Notes: generated by a model not told the origin, from the sequence alone. Numbered from the stretch's first letter, positions 1-10,334 are shown. The stretch: DNA of 42,248 nt from Hyphomicrobiaceae bacterium (GCA_043741375.1 JAYUAJ010000437.1:1-42248), one strand, 5' to 3'. Numbers and translations are program-made.

Positions 1-249
1 TGCGGCGTTGAACTCGCCAACGCCTTCCGTGAACTGACGGATCCGGTGGAGCAAAGGAAGCGCTTCGAGGCCGACATGGACCTCAAGGAAAAACTCTACG
101 GCGAGCGCTACCCCGTCGACGAAGATTTCCTCGCCGCCCTCGCCGTGATGCCCCAAGCCTCCGGCGCCGCACTCGGTTTCGACCGCCTGGTGATGCTGGC
201 GACCGGTGCCGATCGCATCGATCAGGTGCAGTGGACTCCGGCGGGGTAG
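1..249 (+). CDS. epmA: EF-P beta-lysine ligase EpmA (PoxA/GenX, class II LysRS paralog), C-terminal part; 5' end outside window
   Basis: Frame 1 is open from base 1 (CGVELANAFRELTDPVEQRKRFEADM...MPQASGAALGFDRLVMLATGADRIDQV). This is the class II aaRS motif-3 region plus the GxALGxDRLVML C-terminus typical of GenX/PoxA. TAG at 247-249. Track ORF 46..249 only begins at an internal GTG. Confidence 0.7.
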   Translation, partial: CGVELANAFRELTDPVEQRKRFEADMDLKEKLYGERYPVDEDFLAALAVMPQASGAALGFDRLVMLATGADRIDQVQWTPAG

Positions 250-264
250 GCACGATGGTCCCGG

Positions 265-1044
265 CTACTGCAGCACCTTGAACCCCTGGGCGGCAAAAAT
301 CGCCTTCGCCTCGTCCGAGGACAGGAAGTCGACGAAGGCTTTGGCATCGGCATTGGTGGACGCCGCCGTCACCGCGACCGGATAGACAATCGGGGCGTGC
401 GAGTCCGCGGGAAAGGTCGCGACGACCTCGACCTTTGGTTCCGCCTTGGCGTCGGTGGCGTAGACGACGCCGAGCTTGGCCTCGCTACGCGCCACCAGCG
501 CCAAAGCGGCGCGGACATTTTCGCTTTGCACGACGTTGGCCTCGATGGATGACCAGAGGCCGAGTTTGTCGAAGGCCGCTTTGGCATATTTTCCGGCGGG
601 CACGGCCTTGATGTCGGCCAATGCGATCTTGCCGTCGGCGAGTTTGCCCGCGAGGTCGGCTCCTGCCGCCAGCTCAAGTTTGATGCCGGAGCCGGCTGGC
701 GCCACGAGCACCAGCGCATTGCCCAGCAGCGTCTTGCGGGTGGCTTCCGCCGTCAGCTTTTTCTGCGAGAGATGGTCCATCCAATCGAGGTCGGCCGAGA
801 TGAAAACATCGGCCGGCGCGCCTTGTTCGATCTGTTTGGCGAGCGCCGAAGACGCTGCATAGGTCGCCAGGATCGTTTTGGTCTTGTCTTTACTGGTCCA
901 CGACGCTCCGACCGCATCGACGGCGTTCTTCAGGCTAGCTGCTGCGAACACTTTGACCGGATCGGCCCAAGCTGCGTTCGCCAGCGACACCCATCCGATG
1001 ATGACGATGGTCGCGAGTTTCAAATTCCGTTGGCCGTTGGTCAC
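265..1044 (-). CDS. modA: molybdate ABC transporter periplasmic substrate-binding protein ModA
   Basis: 259-aa ORF with a signal peptide (..[11 protein letters not shown]) and ModA-like blocks [31 protein letters not shown] and VVYATDA. No modB/modC in the window. Confidence 0.8.
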   Translation of the reverse strand: MTNGQRNLKLATIVIIGWVSLANAAWADPVKVFAAASLKNAVDAVGASWTSKDKTKTILATYAASSALAKQIEQGAPADVFISADLDWMDHLSQKKLTAEATRKTLLGNALVLVAPAGSGIKLELAAGADLAGKLADGKIALADIKAVPAGKYAKAAFDKLGLWSSIEANVVQSENVRAALALVARSEAKLGVVYATDAKAEPKVEVVATFPADSHAPIVYPVAVTAASTNADAKAFVDFLSSDEAKAIFAAQGFKVLQ

Positions 1045-1060
1045 GGGTCACCCGTTCGCT

Positions 1061-3379
1061 CTACGATCGGTCATTCACCGCCCGCCACACCGCCTCGGGT
1101 GTGGCGGGCATGTCGATGTGGGTCGTACCGTTGTGGCGCCAGAGCGCGTCGACCACGGCGTTCATCACCGTGGGCGCGGCGCCGATGGTCCCGGCCTCGC
1201 CGGCGCCCTTCAGGCCGAGCGGGTTGCTGCGGCCCGGCACGTTGCGGGTCTCGAAGGCGATCTGCACAGTATCGTCGGCGCGCGGCAGGCAGTAGTCCAT
1301 GAAGCTTGCGGTCAAGAGCTGCCCGCTGGCGCTGTCGAATACGGTGCGCTCCAAGAGGGCCTGGCCGATGCCCTGCACCACGCCGCCGTGGATCTGGCCC
1401 TCCAGCAGCATCGGGTTCACCGTCACGCCGACGTCGTCGACGATGCTGTAGGCGAGGAGTGACGTTTCTCCCGTACGCGGATCGATCTCGACCTCGGCGA
1501 TGTGGCTACCGTTGGGATAGGTGAATTCGCCGACCTTGAATGCGCCGTTGCTTTCGATGATTTCGCCTTTATCCCTGGCCTTGGCGGCGATGGCCTTGAG
1601 GCTGATGGCTTTGTCGGTACCTTTGACGCGAACCGTTCCGGCGGCCAGCTCCAGATCGGTGACGGCGGCTTCAAGCTCGGCCGAGGCGCGCTTTTTCAAA
1701 TCGTCGCCCAGCCGCCGCGAGGCCTGGTCAACGATGACCGCGCCAAGCGGCACCGATTTGGATCCGCCGGTTCCGCCACCGGTCGCAATGCGCGCAGTAT
1801 CGCCCTGGATCACATCGATGTCGGACATATCCAGCCCGAGTGCGTCCGAAGCCATCTGCGCAAACGCCGTGCGGTGGCCCTGGCCGTTCGATTGGTTGCC
1901 GATGTAGATCTGCACACGGCCTTCCAGCGTCAGCTCCATACGAGCCTTTTCCGAGCCTGCCGCGCACGCCTCGATGTAGGTCGCAAGACCGATGCCACGC
2001 AGTTTTCCAGCCGCTTTGCTGCGCGCGAGCCGCGTCTCGAAGCCGGCCCAATCCGCCTTCTCCATGCCGCGCCGCATATGGGCTTCGAACTCGCCGACGT
2101 CGTAGGTGCGGCCGACTCCGTTCTTGTACGGCATCTCTCCCGGTTGGACGAAGTTCTTGGCTTTCAGCGCATCGATGGGCACGCCCAGTTCGCGCGCGGC
2201 CTTGTCGACCAGGCGCTCGATGAGATAGGCCGCCTCGGGACGGCCGGCGCCGCGATAGGCATCGACGGGCTGAGTATTGGTCATCACCGCGCGGATGCGG
2301 GCGTGTACCGCTGGAATGGCGTAGAGGCCCGTCGAGAGCGGCACGCCGAACCCAGGCAGCGAGGCCGCGAATTCGGAGAGATAGGCGCCCATGTTGCAGC
2401 GTAGATCGATATCGAGGCCGATGAAGCGGTTGTCGGCGTCCAACGCCAAAGTCGCCCTGGCGAGGTTGTCGCGGCCGTGGCAGTCGGCCAGGAAATGTTC
2501 CGAGCGGTCGCCGATCCAGCGCACCGGGCGGCCGAATTTTCTCGCAGCCACCATGGCCAGCGGATACTCGCGGTAGACAAAGAATTTGGTGCCAAAGCCG
2601 CCGCCCACATCGGCTGGCGTGATGACGCGGACCTTGTCGGGGGCAACGCCGAGCACCTTGCTCAGCCCGTCGCGCATGAAGTGCACGCCTTGCGAGCCCA
2701 GTGTCACGGTATAGTGCTCGGCCGCCGGATCGTAGACGGCGAGCACCGAGCGTGGTTCCATGTAGTTCGCGACCAACCGGTTGTTGACGATCTCGATCTC
2801 GACCGTGCGGGCAGCCTTGGCGAGCGCTGCCTTGGCAGCTTTCTCATCACCGACCGAGGCGTCGTAGAGCAGGTTGGTGCCCTGCTCGGGCCACACGAGC
2901 GGAGCGTCCGGGGCCAGTGCCGCGGCGATGCCGGTGACCGCAGGAAGGGGGGCGTAATCGACCTCGATCAGCTCCGAAGCGTTGCGCGCCGCCTCTGATG
3001 TTTCGGCCACAATGAACGCCACCGCTTCGCCGACGTGGCGGACGGTGTCGCGGGCGAGCACCGGATAGGGCGGGTGCCAGTGTTCGGAGCCATCGCGGTT
3101 CTTCATCATGCGGAAGTTCGGCAGCGACCCCAGGTCGGCCACGTCGGCCGCCGTGAGAATGCCGATCACGCCGGGTGCCGCGCGGGCGCCCGCCAGCCCG
3201 CCCACCGTAATGCGCGCGTGGCCGGCCGAGGAGCGCAATACATAGGCAAAGGCCTCACCGGGGGCGGTTGCATCGGTTGGATAGCTGCCCTTGCCGGTCA
3301 GGATCGGCAGGTCTTCGACGCGCTTGGGCGAACGACCGAAGCTGGCAGGTAAATTGCGCGTAGGGCTGACGGCGGTCAT
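1061..3379 (-). CDS. xanthine dehydrogenase-family molybdopterin-binding large subunit, form II CoxL-like
   Basis: 772-aa ORF. N-terminal [17 protein letters not shown] (a/b hammerhead region), DVGGGFGTK block, and active-site loop [19 protein letters not shown] is the signature described for form II CoxL-like proteins, as opposed to AYRCSFR in true CO dehydrogenases. Confidence 0.85.
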   Translation of the reverse strand: MTAVSPTRNLPASFGRSPKRVEDLPILTGKGSYPTDATAPGEAFAYVLRSSAGHARITVGGLAGARAAPGVIGILTAADVADLGSLPNFRMMKNRDGSEHWHPPYPVLARDTVRHVGEAVAFIVAETSEAARNASELIEVDYAPLPAVTGIAAALAPDAPLVWPEQGTNLLYDASVGDEKAAKAALAKAARTVEIEIVNNRLVANYMEPRSVLAVYDPAAEHYTVTLGSQGVHFMRDGLSKVLGVAPDKVRVITPADVGGGFGTKFFVYREYPLAMVAARKFGRPVRWIGDRSEHFLADCHGRDNLARATLALDADNRFIGLDIDLRCNMGAYLSEFAASLPGFGVPLSTGLYAIPAVHARIRAVMTNTQPVDAYRGAGRPEAAYLIERLVDKAARELGVPIDALKAKNFVQPGEMPYKNGVGRTYDVGEFEAHMRRGMEKADWAGFETRLARSKAAGKLRGIGLATYIEACAAGSEKARMELTLEGRVQIYIGNQSNGQGHRTAFAQMASDALGLDMSDIDVIQGDTARIATGGGTGGSKSVPLGAVIVDQASRRLGDDLKKRASAELEAAVTDLELAAGTVRVKGTDKAISLKAIAAKARDKGEIIESNGAFKVGEFTYPNGSHIAEVEIDPRTGETSLLAYSIVDDVGVTVNPMLLEGQIHGGVVQGIGQALLERTVFDSASGQLLTASFMDYCLPRADDTVQIAFETRNVPGRSNPLGLKGAGEAGTIGAAPTVMNAVVDALWRHNGTTHIDMPATPEAVWRAVNDRS

Positions 3380-3475
3380 GCCGGGCTACTCCGAATGCAG
3401 GTGCGGGGAGAGGCGAAGTTTTGCGCCCTAGACATAATCGGGTCAATCAGGGCCGTCCTCCCCGATCGGGCAGGG

Positions 3476-4252
3476 TCACGCCGCAGCGGTGAGCTGTCCG
3501 CCGAGCCAGCGTTCGACCAGCGAGCCGAGCCAGCGGTTGACGGACCCGGCATGTAAGAGGTGGCTGGTCAGCTGGCCCGTCCGCTCTTGCGCGCCGTCGC
3601 AATCGCGCCAGTCCTTGGCCATGGTGGTCCAGCGGTTGACCATCGCGTACGTGATTTCGGGGTGGAACTGGACGCCGAGCGCGCGCTCTCCCCAGCTGAA
3701 CGCCTGATTCTCGAACACGCTGCCTTCGGCGAGCCGGCTAGCGCCTTCGGGTACATCGAAGCCCTCACGGTGCCACTGATAGACCTGCTCGGGCCACGGG
3801 CCGAGCGCGCGGCCGGCAGCCGTTGGGCGCACCGCGCCGTAACCGATTTCGACCTTGCCGGCGGGGTGTTTGCGAACACTGCCCCCCAGTTGCTTGGCCA
3901 GCATCTGCGCGCCCAGGCAGACGCCGAGGAACGGCTTTTCCTCCTTCAGCGCGACGCCGACAAAGTCGATCTCGTCCTTGATGTAGCAATCGGGGTCGTT
4001 GCAACTCATCGGCCCGCCGAACACAACGACGCCGGCATGATGGGCGAGCGATTTGGGTAACGACGAGCCGAAGCGTGGCTTGCAGATATCGAGGCCGTGC
4101 CCGCGCAGCTTCAGAACTTGGCCGATGCGGCCGGCCGAGGAGGCTTCGCCGTGCATGATGACCAGGACCGGCAGCCGGGTTTGTGCCGGGCTGAATGTGT
4201 CAGTGCTGCAATGGCCAGTGGTATCGTCGCTGGCTCTGGTCTCGAAGGTCAT
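3476..4252 (-). CDS. class I glutamine amidotransferase (GMP synthase-like GATase domain protein)
   Basis: Cys-His-Glu triad context GVCLGAQML and VQFHPE. I start it at ATG 4252 (MTFETRAS..) rather than track start 4384, because the upstream SDR gene ends at 4267 and the extra 44 aa look non-coding. Confidence 0.75.
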   Translation of the reverse strand: MTFETRASDDTTGHCSTDTFSPAQTRLPVLVIMHGEASSAGRIGQVLKLRGHGLDICKPRFGSSLPKSLAHHAGVVVFGGPMSCNDPDCYIKDEIDFVGVALKEEKPFLGVCLGAQMLAKQLGGSVRKHPAGKVEIGYGAVRPTAAGRALGPWPEQVYQWHREGFDVPEGASRLAEGSVFENQAFSWGERALGVQFHPEITYAMVNRWTTMAKDWRDCDGAQERTGQLTSHLLHAGSVNRWLGSLVERWLGGQLTAAA

Positions 4253-4266
4253 GCCTGCTCGCCCGC

Positions 4267-5124
4267 TTATCGCCGCTTCAGCAACCATCCCATCACAACA
4301 ATCATGAACGATTGCGGAATGACGCGCAGCGCAATCGCATTGAGATGGTTGAGGACGCCGGGATAGATCTCGGTCCGCCCCCATTGAAAGCCCTGGAACC
4401 CCGCACGCGCAACCCGTTCAGGGCTCATGACACCCAACACTACGAGATGGTACGAATGTTCGGCGCCGGTGCGGGCATGAAACTTTGTCGCAACCGGCCC
4501 TGGCAGCAGGGCTGATATGCGCACACCGCGGCCGGCACATTCGTGGGCGAGCGCCCGCGTCAGCGAGATCAGATAAGCTTTTGAGGCGTAATAGGCCGCT
4601 TGGTTGGGGCCGGGGACCAGTCCGCCAAGCGATGCAATGTTCAAGATGCCGCCGCGCCCGCGCGCCAGCATGCCGGGAAGGAAGCGGCGCGTCAGATCCG
4701 TCGCGGCCCGCACGTTCAGGTTGGCAAGTTGCGCCAGGTCGGCTGCCGGTTGCTCGGCGAACGGACCGGAGAGACCAATGCCAGCGTTGTTAACCAGGAC
4801 GTCGCAGTAGCTCTCCAACGCGGCCAGCTCAGCTTCTACAGCCGCGCAGCCGTCCGCTGTGGCCAAATCCGCGGCCAGCACCCGAACCGCGTAGCCGTGG
4901 ACGCTCAACGCGTCGGCTGCTGATGCAAGTCGTTCGCTGCCGCGCGCGACCAGCAGCAGCCCGTGACCGGCCTTGGCGAATTCGTGCGCCAGCGCCAGCC
5001 CGATGCCCTCCGAGCCGCCAGTAATGACGACCAGCGGCCGCAGCCGGTCATATTTTGCAGCGTCCTCACCGCGCGTCCAGTAGCGCCGGCGCCAACGATC
5101 GAGCAGATCTTGCACCGCGCCCAT
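4267..5124 (-). CDS. short-chain dehydrogenase/reductase (SDR) with hydrophobic C-terminal segment
   Basis: TGGSEGIG cofactor motif, NNAG, and YYASKAY (YxxxK). C-terminus IVVMGWLLKRR is hydrophobic. Only 3 nt separate its start from the stop of the helicase gene. Confidence 0.85.
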   Translation of the reverse strand: MGAVQDLLDRWRRRYWTRGEDAAKYDRLRPLVVITGGSEGIGLALAHEFAKAGHGLLLVARGSERLASAADALSVHGYAVRVLAADLATADGCAAVEAELAALESYCDVLVNNAGIGLSGPFAEQPAADLAQLANLNVRAATDLTRRFLPGMLARGRGGILNIASLGGLVPGPNQAAYYASKAYLISLTRALAHECAGRGVRISALLPGPVATKFHARTGAEHSYHLVVLGVMSPERVARAGFQGFQWGRTEIYPGVLNHLNAIALRVIPQSFMIVVMGWLLKRR

Positions 5125-5127
5125 GGG

Positions 5128-8100
5128 TTAGCTGCGCTTGCGGTCTTCCAGCTGTTGCTTGAGCGCGCTCAAGGCGGCAAAGGGTGAACTCGGGTCGTAT
5201 GCGGCGCGCTTTTCCTCCCGCCGCGGCGGGTCGCGGTGGCCTTCGCGTGCGCCATCGCGGCGGTTGTCGCGCCCGCCATCCCGACCGCGATTTGGACGAT
5301 CGCCGTCGCGCGGTGGGCGGCCTTCGCTAGGCGCGCCGGCCTCGCGGCGGGGCTCGGCTGGCCGATCCTTGTTTTGCCGGTCGCTGCCACGGCTCTGGTC
5401 GCGGTCCCGATTGCGGTCGCCGCGATACGGGCGGCGCTCGCCTCCCTCGCGGTCTTTAACGGGTTCGGTCGCGGCGCCGGCTTCGGCGGCGGCTGGCGTT
5501 GCCGCGTCGGTGGCCGTAGTCGCCGCCACGGCGGGCTGCCCTTGGCCGGAGCGCTGATTCCGGTTGCGGTTACCCTGGTAGGGACGGCGGCCTTCGCCAC
5601 CCTCGCGGCGGCGCTCGGGTTGCTCGTCGCGACGACGGCGCGGGCGCCAGACTTCGATCATCTCGGGAGCGGGCGTAGCGCTCTCAGCAACGGCCGCCGG
5701 TTCGCCTATGTCAGTCGCGGCAAACGCAGCTTCGGAGGCCTCGGCAACTCCCTTTGAAGCCAGCGACACCGGGGTGTCCTGAACCGCTGCGATAGCCTCA
5801 TCAGCGTCCGATGACGCTGGGTGGAATGGGACGCGTTCGTCGTGTGGCTCCCCCCCGGTGGACGCTGCCAAGCCTGTCTCAACAGTGATCAGCGGCTCCG
5901 TCCCCCCTTGAGGGTGAGGGTTGGGGTGGGGAAGCTCTGCCGAGTCGGGAACGGCCACGGCAGCTTCCGCCGCGCCCTCGATAACCGGCGCAACTTCAAC
6001 CGGCTTAACCGCCCGCTCAACCACTTTGGGCTTCGGCTTCATCTCCGAGCGGAACCCGAGTGCCTTAAGCACTTCGGCTAATTCGCCAGACGAGCAGCCC
6101 AGGATCGACATCATGTTTGGCAGCACGACAAAGCCACCATCGCCCGACGAGCCCTTGGGCGGAGCTTCGGGTGCAGTCTCGTTGAGGCGGAACGCGATCA
6201 GCGGGCGGATCATGTCCGACAACCGCTCCAGCATGTCGACGCGCACCGCGCGCGGGCCGCACAGATGGAAGCCGCAGGCCCGGTAGAAATCTTCAGGCGT
6301 CGTGCCATTGGCGGGCACCGAGGTGAGGCCGGGGCGGCCGGAATCCAATGTTCCGGGCTCGGCCGCCGCGACGCGCTCGGCGTTCTTCAGCATCCAGAGC
6401 GTGACTAAAAGATCAATGGCGGCCGGCTTCAGCAGGATCGGTATGAAAAGATTGAAGGCGCCGAAGCGCACGCCGTACTTGCGCAACTGCCCGCGCGATT
6501 CCTGGTCCAGCTCGCGCACGTCCTTGGTGACGGCTTCGCGCTTGAGGATGCCGAAGTTCTCGCGCATCTGGAAGGCGATGCCGCGAGCGAGCCCTGTGAT
6601 GTCCTCGGCCCGGCCGAGTTCCATCAATGGCTTTAATCGCTCCTCGATCGTCTCGGCCAACCACTCGTTGAGACGCGTCTGCACCTTTTCTTTGTCGGGC
6701 AGCGCCAAGTGCTCATCGCATATAATGGTCACGGACGGTTTCAGAGCGTCCTCGCCCCGTTCCAGGCGGGCGATCTCCTCGCCTTTCCAGAGTACCTTGG
6801 CGCCCACGCGCTGCAGTTTGAACGCGTCGCTTTTGGCGGAGGCGACACGCCGGGCGCGCATGGCCATTTCCTTGCCCAGCACCTGCACCGAGGCGCTGCG
6901 GGCGGCCTTGGCGTTCAGCGAGTCCGAGGACACATTTTCGGGCGCGAACAGGAACCCGTTCAGCTTGCCTACGAAGTGCTTTTCAACATGCACCGATCCG
7001 TCGTCGTGGATTTCTGCTGAGAGGTCGTCATCGTCGCGCAGGCGCTTGACCAGCGTCGAGGTGCGCTTGTCGACGAAGCGTTGCGTCAGCTGCTCGTGCA
7101 GAGCATCCGACAGGGCATCCTCGATCTCGCGGGTTTTTGCCTGCCAATGGACAGGGTCCTTCAGCCAGGCCGAACGGTTGGACACGAACGTCCAAGTTCG
7201 AATGTGCGCCAGACGGTTCGAGAGCGTATCGATGTCCCCGTCCGTCTTGGCGGCCTGGTTGACCTGCTCGGCGAACCAGTCCTCGGGGATGCGGGCATCC
7301 CCGCCGGAGACGAATTTATAGACCTGCCCGACCAACTCGGCGTGGGCAGCCGGCGAGATTTTCCGGTAGTCGGGAACTTGGCAGACGTCCCACAGCAGGC
7401 TGACGGTCTCGCGGCCGATGGCCCGGCGCGCGATCTCGTCGTCACCCGAAAGGTGGTCCAACGCCACCACATCGTCGGCCTGGCGGGCGCGCGTCAGACG
7501 CGGATGATCGGGGATCTCGCGCAGCGACTCCTTCAGCTTGTCGACGCTGGAAAAATCCAATGCGATCGAGCGCCATTGCAGCGTCTTGACCTGCTCGAAC
7601 TCGTGCTGCTCCAGCTTCTCGACCAGGTCTTGCGCAAATGGTTCCACGTCGCCGGTGACGCCGAACGTGCCGTCTTTCATGTACCGGCCGGCGCGGCCTG
7701 CGATCTGGGCAAGCTCGGCCGGGATAAGCTCGCGGTGCTGGCGGCCGTCGAACTTGCGCGAGCCGGCGAAAGCGACGTGCTCGACATCGAGATTGAGCCC
7801 CATGCCGATGGCATCGGTTGCGACCAGATAGTCGACATCGCCGTTCTGATACATGGCGACTTGGGCGTTGCGGGTGCGCGGGCTGAGCGCGCCCAGCACC
7901 ACGGCGGCGCCGCCGCGCTGGCGGCGCATCAGCTCGGCGATCTCATAGACTTCGGCGGCCGAGAAGGCGACGACGGCCGAGCGCCGCGGCAGGCGCGAGA
8001 GCTTCTTCTGGCCGGCGTAGGTGAGCTTGGAGAGGCGCGGGCGGGAAACAAAATTGGCACCAGGCAAAATTTCGCGAATGGTCTCGCGCATGGTGCCGGC

Positions 8101-8505
8101 GCCGAGCAGGAGCGTCTCGCTCATGCCGCGAGCATAGAACAAGCGCTCCGTGAAGACGTGGCCGCGTTCGGGATCGGCGGCGAGCTGGACTTCGTCGATG
8201 GCCAGGAACTCGACCGGGATATCGCGCGGCATAGCCTCGACGGTGCAGACCCAGAAGCGCGGACTATCAGGCTTGATGCGCTCCTCGCCAGTGATCAGCG
8301 CGACAGCATCGACGCCGACTTTTGCCACCACACGGTCGTAGACCTCGCGCGCCAACAGGCGCAGCGGCAGCCCGATGATGCCGCTCTTGTGCGAGACCAT
8401 GCGCTCAATGGCCAGATGCGTTTTGCCGGTGTTGGTGGGGCCCAAAACCGCTGTGACATTGCGTGTCTTGAGCGGCGATTTGGCAAGGGTATCGCTGAGG
8501 GTCAT
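5128..8505 (-). CDS. Suv3-like superfamily 2 ATP-dependent (RNA) helicase with ~300-aa disordered C-terminal extension
   Basis: 1125-aa ORF. Walker A GPTNTGKTH, AIDEVQ (DExH-type box), helicase C-terminal region (ATDAIGMGLN, QIAGRAGR), then an acidic/Ala-Pro-rich segment and an Arg/Gly/Asp/Asn-rich tail. Confidence 0.85.
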   Translation of the reverse strand: MTLSDTLAKSPLKTRNVTAVLGPTNTGKTHLAIERMVSHKSGIIGLPLRLLAREVYDRVVAKVGVDAVALITGEERIKPDSPRFWVCTVEAMPRDIPVEFLAIDEVQLAADPERGHVFTERLFYARGMSETLLLGAGTMRETIREILPGANFVSRPRLSKLTYAGQKKLSRLPRRSAVVAFSAAEVYEIAELMRRQRGGAAVVLGALSPRTRNAQVAMYQNGDVDYLVATDAIGMGLNLDVEHVAFAGSRKFDGRQHRELIPAELAQIAGRAGRYMKDGTFGVTGDVEPFAQDLVEKLEQHEFEQVKTLQWRSIALDFSSVDKLKESLREIPDHPRLTRARQADDVVALDHLSGDDEIARRAIGRETVSLLWDVCQVPDYRKISPAAHAELVGQVYKFVSGGDARIPEDWFAEQVNQAAKTDGDIDTLSNRLAHIRTWTFVSNRSAWLKDPVHWQAKTREIEDALSDALHEQLTQRFVDKRTSTLVKRLRDDDDLSAEIHDDGSVHVEKHFVGKLNGFLFAPENVSSDSLNAKAARSASVQVLGKEMAMRARRVASAKSDAFKLQRVGAKVLWKGEEIARLERGEDALKPSVTIICDEHLALPDKEKVQTRLNEWLAETIEERLKPLMELGRAEDITGLARGIAFQMRENFGILKREAVTKDVRELDQESRGQLRKYGVRFGAFNLFIPILLKPAAIDLLVTLWMLKNAERVAAAEPGTLDSGRPGLTSVPANGTTPEDFYRACGFHLCGPRAVRVDMLERLSDMIRPLIAFRLNETAPEAPPKGSSGDGGFVVLPNMMSILGCSSGELAEVLKALGFRSEMKPKPKVVERAVKPVEVAPVIEGAAEAAVAVPDSAELPHPNPHPQGGTEPLITVETGLAASTGGEPHDERVPFHPASSDADEAIAAVQDTPVSLASKGVAEASEAAFAATDIGEPAAVAESATPAPEMIEVWRPRRRRDEQPERRREGGEGRRPYQGNRNRNQRSGQGQPAVAATTATDAATPAAAEAGAATEPVKDREGGERRPYRGDRNRDRDQSRGSDRQNKDRPAEPRREAGAPSEGRPPRDGDRPNRGRDGGRDNRRDGAREGHRDPPRREEKRAAYDPSSPFAALSALKQQLEDRKRS

Positions 8506-8687
8506 CGCGGAAATCTCTCGTACCGAACGCTAAGGCTCGATAGGAGCCCCACGACGCGGGCCTGACTTGGCTAGCCCCAGTCTGGATTTTCCCAGATAGG
8601 TGTCGGCTGGCCCCACGCGGCTACGGCCTAAACGTCATTGGTGTTGGCGGCAAGCGGGAATGCTTGCTGAGCGTTGCCGACACTCAA

Positions 8688-8734
8688 GTTACATGCAGCG
8701 GACGCAATCAGTTTACATGCAGCGGACGCAATCC
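8688..8734. repeat. tandem direct repeat, 2 units of 23-24 bp (core acatgcagcggacgcaatc)
   Basis: gttACATGCAGCGGACGCAATCa (8688-8710) is followed directly by gtttACATGCAGCGGACGCAATCc (8711-8734). The 19-nt core is identical in both units. It lies between the DUF3108-like stop (8736) and the helicase start (8505). Confidence 0.9.
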
Positions 8735-8735
8735 A

Positions 8736-9620
8736 TTACGGCTTGGCGGCCGAAGCGACCTTGCCCTTGCCGGGCATTTCGATCTGCACCTTGGATGAGG
8801 TGATCTGCGCCGATCCCGCCCAGGTCGGGATCACGACATTGACCGGGATGAAGGCATTGGCGAACGCGACCGGCGCCAGCCAGATCTCGATGCCGTCGGT
8901 GCCCACCATGTATTTGGTTTCCACGCTGTCGGGCTTATGGCCAGCGATCGGCACATACTGGATACGGCAGACGTAGGCCCATTTCGCTCCGGCTGAACTG
9001 CCGTCGAGCTGCGTCTTGCCCTTGGCCGTAAGCACCAGATCAAAGCGTTGCCGGCCATCAAATATGGACACGTGCCGGTTGCACGGATTGACCTTGTCGA
9101 TCGTGGTTTCGCCGGGGGACGTCAAGGCCAGGATCGCGCTCAGGGGGTCGAGCACATTCTCCATATGCGCCGGCTTCAGCGGAATGCGTCCCGACGAGCC
9201 CTTGTCCGGCGGATCTTCGGCCATCGCGACTACCTTGTCGCCGGCAAACGTCATGTCCATCCGGCCGCTCTTGTCGGTGGCCTTGTATTTGAATTTGTAG
9301 GCCGCCGGGTGGGGCGAGCCCGTCACGAAGGCCCCGTTGGAGCGGGTCGATCCGTCCCAGGTATAGGCGCCGAACAAGGCCGAGATGTTGGCGCTGGTGG
9401 CAGCTTTGTATTGACCCGCCGCGATGGCGGAATCCCAGGTGAAGTCGCCCAGGTCGAGCCCGTTCCAGGTGATGTGGTAGATTGCGTGGACGCGGGCGGG
9501 CACCTTGACGGCAGCCGGTTCGGCGGCTCCCAGAGCCGTCAGCGGCACGCCCGCCACACCGCAAATCGCTAGCGCCTGAACGACGCGCGCGGTGCCCATT
9601 CGTATGATACTCGACAACAT
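8736..9620 (-). CDS. secreted conserved hypothetical protein, DUF3108-like (tentative)
   Basis: 294-aa ORF with a signal peptide (..LTALGAAEP), beta-rich composition and high GC3. The family name is from memory of similar alphaproteobacterial proteins adjacent to rpmB and is not verified. Confidence 0.55.
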   Translation of the reverse strand: MLSSIIRMGTARVVQALAICGVAGVPLTALGAAEPAAVKVPARVHAIYHITWNGLDLGDFTWDSAIAAGQYKAATSANISALFGAYTWDGSTRSNGAFVTGSPHPAAYKFKYKATDKSGRMDMTFAGDKVVAMAEDPPDKGSSGRIPLKPAHMENVLDPLSAILALTSPGETTIDKVNPCNRHVSIFDGRQRFDLVLTAKGKTQLDGSSAGAKWAYVCRIQYVPIAGHKPDSVETKYMVGTDGIEIWLAPVAFANAFIPVNVVIPTWAGSAQITSSKVQIEMPGKGKVASAAKP

Positions 9621-9823
9621 GGCTCGGTTCCCAACGCCTTCACAATCAACCGCGCCGGGCAGCCAGCCCTTTGGCCCGACTGTTGAGCACTTAGTTGCAG
9701 CTAGAAGCGGTTTCGGTCAATTCTGTGACCCGCCCATGCTGGATGGCCAAGGTAAACAATCCGTTAGCCGTTGTCACGAAGCGGCTCTGGCCCGTCACAA
9801 AGTGAGCTGCGAGCGCAAAGCAG

Positions 9824-9853
9824 CTTGACGCGATTGCGCGACAACCACTATAC
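9824..9853 (+). promoter_or_regulatory. candidate sigma70-type promoter for rpmB (CTTGAC-N18-CTATAC)
   Basis: CTTGAC at 9824-9829 and CTATAC at 9848-9853, close to the alphaproteobacterial CTTGAC-N17-CTATAT consensus. About 145 nt upstream of the rpmB ATG. Confidence 0.35.
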
Positions 9854-9996
9854 ACCCCGGACGACCGCCGCTGACGGCTCTGCTGTCGCGACCTGCCGGT
9901 CGTTTTCCCAAAGGTTTGTGGCCCGCAACGGCTGAAAGACTGACGGGTCGTTTGGGCCGCCTCGCGGCCGTGCACACAATTTCTAGGAGCGAGCCC

Positions 9997-10305
9997 ATGT
10001 CGCGGCGATGCGAGCTGACCGGACGAGACGCACAGTACGGCAATATGGTGAGCCATGCCAACAACAAGGTGCGCCGCCGCTGGCTGCCAAACCTGTGCAA
10101 CGTAACGCTGCTGAGCGATGCGCTGGGCAAGACAGTAAATCTGCGCATCTGCGCCCATGCCCTGCGCACGGTGGAACATCGTGGCGGATTGGATGGTTTT
10201 CTGGCCAAGGCGGCCAGCGACGAGCTGTCGCTGAAGGCCAAGCGGCTGAAGAAAGAGATCGCCAAGGCCGCGGCCGAGAAGGCTGGCGCCAAGGCAGCGG
10301 CGTAG
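9997..10305 (+). CDS. rpmB: 50S ribosomal protein L28
   Basis: [33 protein letters not shown] is the L28 signature. AGGAG lies 8 nt upstream of ATG 9997. The track ORF start at 9916 is an upstream extension. Confidence 0.95.
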   Translation: MSRRCELTGRDAQYGNMVSHANNKVRRRWLPNLCNVTLLSDALGKTVNLRICAHALRTVEHRGGLDGFLAKAASDELSLKAKRLKKEIAKAAAEKAGAKAAA

Positions 10306-10334
10306 GCAGTAGGCTCTCAATAGCCATGAATGCA

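Noticed and set aside
3380-3475. Possible Moco riboswitch or other leader upstream of the CoxL-like gene
   Set aside because: The gap is only 96 nt, and I could not recognise the Moco RNA motif's conserved stems. Only a short CCCGATCGGG palindrome is present.
7081-8565. 494-aa plus-strand ORF, plus other long plus-strand ORFs at 5236-7321
   Set aside because: Antisense or off-frame to the helicase CDS, which carries Walker A/DExH/helicase-C motifs. Their compositions are junk-like.
8688-8734. Tandem repeats (also 22296-22333) as a possible CRISPR array
   Set aside because: There are only two units, directly abutting with no spacers, no further copies and no cas genes in the window.
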